Part shown: positions 57,185-64,000 of the stretch, piece after piece
Layout of the letters: each line of letters starts with the position of its first letter
How positions within the stretch are numbered: the stretch's first letter is position 1
DNA from: Eledone cirrhosa
Taxonomy: Eukaryota
Assembly: GCA_964016885.1 (NCBI GenBank)
Contig: OZ024743.1
Span: 67,084,001 to 67,148,000 of the forward strand
Length of the DNA: 64,000 nucleotides
Reading direction: 5' to 3'
Notes under the pieces: generated by a model
The model's database searches: none
The model's input: only the letters and a program-made list of their open reading frames with translations
Told to the model about the DNA's origin: nothing
Made by a program: the position numbers and the translations under genes

Positions 57185-57345
57185 ATGTGATTGTGGTGAG
57201 AACAGACCTCAGATCGCTGAAACTCCCGGAGGCGATGACGAAGGACCGTCACAAGTGGAGAGATGCTGTGCTGAATAGGACCCGTCCCACCCTTACAAGC
57301 AGGGAAAAGCGGACGCAAAATGATGATGATGTTGATGATGATGAT
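57185..57345 (+). pseudogene. RTE-like LINE extreme 3' fragment with (GAT)n tail
   Basis: VRTDLRSLKLPEAMTKDRHKWRDAV followed by a short UTR and TGATGATGATG. Confidence 0.6.
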
Positions 57346-57502
57346 GTTATTCTATCTATTATTACCTCCGATACAATATTTTTGAATATGGTCAACCCCT
57401 GCCACTACCATCGCCTCAAACAACAACAACTACTACTACTTCTACTACTACCAATACAAAATTTACAACAATCATTATATTTACTGTTAGTATTACCACC
57501 AG

Positions 57503-57785
57503 TGTCCTAGTGGTAACAGTGTTTGGACTTAAGATCATAATGTCGTGGGTTTGATTCCTGGGCTGGATGGCGTGTCATGTTCTTCAGCAAAACACTTTAT
57601 TTCACGTTTCTCCAGTATACTCAACTGAAAATGAGTGCCAGCCATACCTAGGGATTTAACTCTGCGATGAATTGGCATGCTTTCCAGGAGAAGGTCTTGT
57701 ATTCTCTGTCGCTTAACACCACGAAAAAGGGACAAGCACCGGGCTGACGGTCCTCTGGCTGGCTTGAGACAGACGTTATACTTAG
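57503..57785 (+). mobile_element. tRNA-derived SINE family B-related, degenerate
   Basis: CCTAGTGGTAA..GGTTTGATTCC..TGTTCTTCAGCAAAACACTTTATTTCACGTTTCTCCAG. Confidence 0.6.
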
Positions 57786-57836
57786 AGAGAATTAGACTAC
57801 CACCAATCCAATATTGAAAATAATGCTCCCCTCTGT

Positions 57837-57881
<45 letters not shown>

Positions 57882-58707
57882 TACTACTACTACCACTACT
57901 ACTACTACCACTACCACTACTACTACTACTACTACTACTGCCACTATCATCAATATATATTTGAAACTGTGATCCACACTTCAACTATTACAACCTATAC
58001 AATATTTAACATTGTAAACACCACTTCTATTCTAAATACCATATGTCTAACTGTGATACTACCACCACAACCACCATCCGCAGCGCAACCAACATCATCA
58101 CCACCACCACTAGCAGTGCAACCACCACCACCAGTGCAATTACCGCCACCATCACCAACACCACCACCACCACCAACACCAGCACCAATCCAACACAACC
58201 ATCACCACCACCATCACCACCATTATCACAACCACTATCACCATCACAACAATTCCTACCAGCACCACCAGCAGGACCATCGCTATCAACAACAATAATA
58301 ACACAATCAATCTACCAGACCATGCAACAACCACCACACAAACAGATGTTACGAACCCTACCATTAACACCACCAGCACCACAAACAACAACATCACCGT
58401 CGTCACAACTACCATACCACTTCCACACAACCACCACAATAAAGAACTCTGCTCCAATCTCGACTAACAATACCTACACCCACCACCCACCTACACCCCC
58501 ATCACCACCACAACAACCACCAATAACAACAACACCACCGTCTTCACAGACATCATACCACTCACCACAAGAACTTTACTCCAAACTCCACTAACAATAC
58601 CATCACCACCACCACCACCAACACCACCACCACCAACAACACGGTCATCGCAATCATCATGCCACTCCCACACAACCACAATAGAGGACTCTACCTCAAT
58701 CTTCACT

Positions 58708-58748
<41 letters not shown>

Positions 58749-59082
58749 CGTCGTCACAACCACCATGCCACTCACCACAATACAGGACTCTACTCCAAAG
58801 TCCCCTAACCCCACCTACGTCAACACCACCACCACCACCACCGCAACCAACAACAACCCCGTCGTCACAACCACCATACAACTCCCACACAAACACCACA
58901 ATCACGAACTGTACCCACAACATCACAACCACCACTGACACTACAACAAAACACACTATCACCACAGGTCACACATACACCACTACCATCCCCACCACAA
59001 TAATCAGCGCCATCAACACTGCTATCGCCCCTACGCCACACCACGACCACCAACTACACATTAGAAAATATATCAACATACA

Positions 59083-59113
<31 letters not shown>

Positions 59114-59920
59114 TGTATGCATGTATGTATGTTCTTCTGGTTTTATAATTTCACAAATTTTTACCAATAGAGAGTCGGTTTCTGACATAGACACAAGACT
59201 CTCTCATTGGAATTTACACAACATCAACTAGGTAGATTATGTATGCATGTATGCATGTGTAGATATGGATGTTATTATATGTGTGGATGTGTATGTTTTG
59301 AGTTGTATGGTTGCATGTGTGTATGCTTTGTATCTGTACATGTGTATATGCAGTTATTAGATGCAACATTTTTGGAATGTTTTACATATTTTTACTGTTC
59401 CATTAATGGATTGTATTTATAATTTTAATTTTTTTAATTTTTAATATGTATGTATGTATGTTTGTAGGTAGGCAGGTAGGTAGGTAGGTAGGTAGGTAGG
59501 TAGGTATGCTTGTATGATTGCTGTATGCACATATATATGGATGTATGTAGTACACATATATGTATGTATATACCCATATATGTATGTATCGATATACTGT
59601 CGTATTGATGTCACTCTTGATTCGAGGAAGACAATTTCTCATATTCATAATTTAATTAACTCGAAAATGTTATTAATGTGTATAACAATATCTACCCATA
59701 TACGTTATGTAGATAGATGTGTATAGATATACAGTGTAAAAATATACACTGTGTATACAGATGTTTGTTGATATACACTGACTATAGAATACTGTACGTT
59801 AACAGATGTGATTTTATGTTATCGGGGTGATTTTTGCTGTTAATTCTGAGAGAGAAAAGCAGTGTCCATGATTCCCTAATTATTTAAGACACCTACAATT
59901 ATTATATAGATGCGAAGGGC

Positions 59921-60107
59921 GGTGGATTGGCAGTATCGGTAGAGGGTCGGACGCCATGCTTTGCAGCATAGAGTTACGGCCCTTTATGGTCTGAGTTATA
60001 ATCCCACTCAGATTAACTTTGTCTTTCATCCTTACGGGGTCGATAAAATAAAGTACCAGTAATACACTGGCATAATTGGTGGCCTTGTGCCAAAAGTAGA
60101 AACAATT
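59921..60107 (+). mobile_element. SINE family A
   Basis: Full consensus; TSD ATTATATAGATGCGA. Confidence 0.92.
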
Positions 60108-60411
60108 ATATAGATGCGATTGAAAGGACTGAAGACTGACACATCCTCTTCAGTCAAGCCCTCATCTTTTACAGTTTTACTAGAAAACATTTATAATTGG
60201 TTCATTCCAGTATATTTGTGGAAAAGTAAATGAGAAGGGGGGGATCCTCGTATAGTCAACAGCAACAACATGGCAATGTAAACAATAACGTCAACAAAAA
60301 CTATTTAAAAATTAAAACAACAATGTAAACAACTACATAACCTGCAATATAAACAACAAAGTCAATAACTGTTCTTCACTCTAGTAACATTGTTATTGAC
60401 AAAGTAAACAA

Positions 60412-60586
60412 TAATTGTTTCTACTTTTGGCAGGCATAAAGCCAGAAATTACGCAGTGCATTACTGATATTTTATTTTATCGATCCCGTAAAGGAAGAAA
60501 GGCACAGTTACCTTGGCGGGATTGAACTCATAATAGCAATGGCCGCGACCCTATGCATGGTGTCCGACTCTCTACCGATACTGTCA
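60412..60586 (-). mobile_element. SINE family A, diverged
   Basis: Reverse complement of the consensus with many substitutions and deletions. Confidence 0.75.
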
Positions 60587-60819
60587 ACAAAAATAACAAC
60601 AAAATATATAAACAATGACGTTATACACAACAACATAAACAACGACAATGACATTCACAACAAGAATGTAAACAACAATGTAATGGAAAATGTCAAAAGC
60701 AATGTCAACAAAAGTATAAACAACAATATACATAACGATATATACAACAATGTCAACAAGAAACGTATACAGCACAACATAAACAAAAATAAACATAACG
60801 ATATATACAACAATGTCAA

Positions 60820-63800
60820 CGTCACTGGTATATAACAACATAATATAAACAACATCACTGGTATACAACAACATAATATAAACAACAACACTGGTATACA
60901 ACAACATAATAGAAACGACAACACTGGAATACAACAAAATAATAAAAAAACAACATCACTGGTATACAACAACATAATATAAACAACACTGGTATACAAC
61001 AAGATAATATAAACAACAACAGTGGTATACAACAACATAATATAAACAACAACACTGGTATACCACAACATAATAAAAACAACACTGGTATACAACAACA
61101 TAATATAAACAAAAACACTGGTATACAACAACATAATATAAACAACACTGGTATACAATAACATAATAGAAAACAACGTCACTGGTATACAACAACATAA
61201 TATAAACAACACTGGTATACAACAACATAATAGAAGCAACAACACTGGTTTACACCAACATAATACAAACAACAACACTGGTATACAACAACATAATATA
61301 AACAGCATCACTGGTATACAACAATATTATATAAACAACGACACTGGTAAAAAAACAACATAACAATATAAACAACAACACTGGTATACAACAACATAAT
61401 ATAAACAACATCACTGATATGAAACAACATAATATAAACATCACTGGTATACAATAACATAATATAAACAACAACAGTGGTATACAATAACATAATATAA
61501 ACAACAAAACTGGGATACAACAACATAATATAAACAACACAGGTATACAATAACATAACAATATAAACAACAACACCGGTATACAACAACATAATATAAA
61601 CAACAACACTGGTATACAATAACATAACAATATAAACAACAACAATGGTATACAACAGCATAATATAAACAACAACACTGGTATACACCAACATAATATA
61701 AACAACACCACTGGTATACAACAACATAATATAAACAACAACACTGATATACAATAACATAATATAAACAACAACACTGGTACATAAAAACATAATATAA
61801 ACAACAACACTGGTATACAATAACATAACAGTGTAAACAACAAGACTGATGTACAACAACATAATATAAACAACAACACTGGTATACAATAACAATATAA
61901 ACAACAGCAATGGTATACAACAACGTAATATAAACAACACTGGTATACAATAACAACAATATAAACAACAACAATGGTATACAACAACATAATATAAACA
62001 ACACAGGTATTCACCAACATAATATAAACAACACCACTGGTATACAACAACATAATATAAACAACAACACTGATATACAACAACATAATATAAACAAAAA
62101 ACACTGGTATACAACAACATAACAATATAAACAACACTGGTATACACTAACATGACCATATAAACAACAACATGGGTATACAACAACATAATATAAACAA
62201 CAACACTGGTATACAACAACATAATATAAACAACAACACTGGTATACAACAGCATAATATAAACAACAGCCATGCTATACAACATGATATAAACAACAAC
62301 ACTAGTATACAACAACATAATATAAACAACGTCACTCGTACACAACAACATAATATAAACAACAACACTGGTATACAACAACATAATATAAACAAACAAG
62401 GTCACTAGTATACAACAACATATATAAACAACGTCACTGGTATCCAACAACATAATATAAACAACATCACTGGTATACAACAACATAATATAAACAACGA
62501 CACTGGTATACAACAATATAATATAAACAACAACACTGGTATACAATAACATAATATGAACAACAACATAATATAAACAACAGCAATGGTATACAACAAC
62601 ATAATATAAATAAACAGCACTGGTATACAACAACATAATATAAACAACGTCACTCGTACACAACAACATAATATAAACAACATCACTGGTATACAACAAC
62701 ATAATATAAACAACCACACTGGTATACAACAACATAATATAAACAACAACACTGGTATACAACAACAAAATATAAACAACGCCACCCGTATTCAACAACA
62801 TAATATAAACAACGTCACTGGTATACATCAACAATATAAACAGCCACACTGGTATACAACACCATAATATAAACAACAACACTGGTATACAACAACATAA
62901 TATAAACAACACCACTCGTATACAACAACATAATATAAACAACGTCACTGGTATACATCAACATAATATAAACAACAGCACTGGTATACAACAACATAAA
63001 ATAAACAACATCACTAGTATACAACAACATACTATAAACAACACTGGTATACAACAACATAATATAAACAACAACAATAGTATACAACAACATAATATAA
63101 ACAACATTATTGGTATACAATAACATAACAATATAAACAACGACACTAGTATACAACAACATAAGAATATCAACAACAACACTGGTATACAACAACATAA
63201 TATAAACAAGTCACCGGTATACAATAAAATAACAATGTAAACAACAACACTGGTATACAACAACGTAATATAAACAACAAAATTAGTATACAACCGCATA
63301 ATATAAACAACACTGGTATACAACAACATAATATAAACAACACTGGTATACAATAACATAATATAAAAGACAACACTGGTATACAATAACATAATATAAA
63401 CAACAATACTGGTATACAACACCATAATATAAACAACAATGGTATACAACAACATAATATAAACAACAATTGTATACAACAACAATATAAACAACAACAT
63501 TGGTATACAACAACATAATATAAACAACGACACTGGTATACAATAACATAACATAAACAACAACGCTGGTATACAACACCATAAACATATAAACAACAAC
63601 GCTGGTATACAACAACATAATATAAACAACATCACTGGTATACAACAGCATAATATAAACAACAACACTGGTATACAACAAAATAATAAAAAAACATCAA
63701 CACTGGTATACAACAACATAATATAAACCACAACACTGGTATCCAACAACATAATATAAACCACAACACTGGTATACAACAACATAATATAAAGAACAAC
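60820..63800. repeat. About 33-bp minisatellite (30-38 bp variants)
   Basis: Unit CTGGTATACAACAACATAATATAAACAACAACA. Confidence 0.95.
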
Positions 63801-64000
63801 ACGGTAAAATAAGAAATGCGGTAAAATAAGAGAAATACGGTAAAATAATAGAAATACTGTAAAATATTTGAGAAAATATGAAGAGAAAATAGATTAAATT
63901 GTTATTGTTTTTTGAATAAAAGGAGAATTGGAGGAAGAGAAAGACAAAAGGAGTTAATAGATAGAGGGAGGGAACTGGTGTTGGTAGTAGATAAGGTAAG

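Larger units (their letters stand above)
57030..59060. repeat. Low-complexity (CTA)n/(CAC)n/(CAA)n region
   Basis: Read directly; source of the poly-Thr/Pro/His ORF artefacts. Confidence 0.9.

Noticed and set aside
57969-59053. Mucin-like or Pro/His-rich protein
   Set aside because: Degenerate (CAC)n/(CAA)n sequence, open in several frames on both strands, with no splice or domain evidence.
60539-63785. Hydrophobic or Cys-rich repeat proteins
   Set aside because: Translations of the 33-bp minisatellite with frequent frame-breaking unit variants.

Overview
Eukaryotic, very repeat-rich animal DNA with no intact host gene. The (TA)n/(CA)n density and the tRNA-derived SINE with a Nin-type core point to a mollusc, probably an octopod cephalopod (inference from recognition, not from a search). 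The window holds about 15 copies or fragments of one SINE and decayed LINEs of several clades: a near full-length RTE at 39.1-43.1 kb, CR1-like, R4/Dong inside (TAA)n, Tx1/L1, CRE-like and Penelope-like. It also holds a near full-length Helitron with a degraded RepHel gene (43.6-51.1 kb), non-autonomous Helitrons and two minisatellites (41 bp and about 33 bp). Most ORF-track entries are microsatellite artefacts. The most interesting signal is not in the ORF track. Many short 'unique' islands between (TA)n tracts carry minimal type I hammerhead ribozyme motifs (stem I, CUGANGA, stem II, GAAA, mostly palindromic stem III, NUH). I read nine structurally complete ones from eight unrelated sequence families, plus several degenerate ones. 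They sit in inverted, fold-back or partial-tandem arrangements typical of Penelope-like pseudo-LTRs and retrozymes. All folds were read by eye and none is experimentally or computationally verified.
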